Assembly: GCA_965235115.1 (NCBI GenBank)
Contig: OZ249437.1
Location: forward strand, 46,810,001-46,874,000
Source of the DNA: Laetmonice hystrix
Taxonomy: Eukaryota
Direction of reading: 5' to 3'
Length of the DNA: 64,000 nt
A program made the position numbers and the translations under genes. This document shows positions 62,831-64,000 of the stretch, in pieces (within the stretch, counting starts at the first letter, position 1; each line of letters opens with the position of its first letter). A model generated the notes under the pieces. It saw nothing but the letters and a program-made list of their open reading frames with translations. It was not told the DNA's origin and did no database searches.

Positions 62831-64000
62831 AATGTCAGAACATATATCCCAGTTTGATTGGTGGGAAGACCTGGTCCATTTCCGGCGCTTAAGGCGTGTA
62901 TGGGTGCGTGTAGGGGCCGGGTCCCACTGGTGGTATACAGGCAGGACTCAGGGCGGCAGTCATGACTGACTCCCACAAGACATATTGCTTCCTCCCCCAC
63001 CCCATCACACCGCAGGGCCATGACAAAGGTTACCCCCAACCCCCTGCTGGCCTCGCACTGCACCTGTACGGCCGCTCTACATCTTTCCTCCCCTCTAGCT
63101 ACCAAACCACATCATCTAAATCGTGCCCCGCGGCAACCAACCACTTTTTATGGCACAAACGCCGTATTTGATTGAATTTCCAATCAAGCTGAAGGAAGTG
63201 ACAATAAATGACACAATGCTCGTAGGTTGCAGGTATGTTCTGGTGATTTGATGGCTCTACCTCCGTATTGAAATCAACTCTACATACACCACTTTCAGTC
63301 AATGGTATTTAGGGGCAAGTGTCAAAGCAATAACCTGCTTTATGTTCGGTTGACAAATGTTGTCGGTTGCGTCTGAGGGACACAACAGCAACTTAATGGT
63401 TTATAATGTTTTTTTAACGTTCAAAATGTGCGGGAAACAGAATCGATTTTATCATCTCCCAAAACAGAAAACTGGCGGGCAAGAACAATACAATTCACGG
63501 GACAGACATAGCGCCCTCTATGATAGTGATCACGTAACTGGTAGGAAATCTTATAGATATACAAAATGAGCCTACTTTGTTATATAGTTATTATATCAAG
63601 TATTAACATGGGCAAGACTTGAAGTTAGGCGAAAATACACAGCTTTACTAAATAACGATATCCCATCCGATCCACAACCTACGAGAACAATCTCAGGTGA
63701 CACCTGAGCAGAAATCATGAAAACATTATAATTGTAGGGTTTGTGAGAAGTCATAACTGATTACATCATACCTGGGGCCACCAAAACCTTGATACCTCTG
63801 TGAACTCCAGCTATATTTTTTTAGAAACTAGTCGGCTCCATAGAAACTAGTCGGTGTCGACATGTAGTAAATACTTTGCAGTGCTTTTGACCCGAGTTTT
63901 TTTTACTGAAATATTTGACTGTAATGGACTGTCACCAAACCTCGGCCTGATGAAGCTTGTACCTTTGAGTACATCGACCCTTGGTAACCTGATTACAACG

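Overview
Eukaryotic (animal) genomic DNA, almost entirely occupied by one minus-strand, intron-rich eyes absent (eya) gene. I reconstructed 17 coding exons by hand between 58631 and 294. All introns are GT-AG and all phases are compatible, giving 1875 nt = 624 aa plus stop. Exon 1 (start codon) and a 42-nt exon at 35847-35888 are the least certain. The C-terminal Eya domain has intact HAD phosphatase motifs (WDLDET, TTT, K, GDGRDEE); the N-terminal part is the usual P/S/T/Y-rich region. The sequence looks like an invertebrate bilaterian, probably a lophotrochozoan (inference only). Introns hold about 15 tandem repeats or minisatellites, a few very degraded transposon-like remnants, GC/CpG-rich patches and candidate CTCF and homeodomain sites. 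The long ORFs in the six-frame track are repeat artefacts. I found no second gene, RNA gene or CRISPR array, and no clearly new system. The best leads are: miR-183/263-type seed sites clustered in the 3'UTR and repeated 12 times in one intron, two predicted alternative-splicing features, uORFs around the start codon, and strand-polarised minisatellites.
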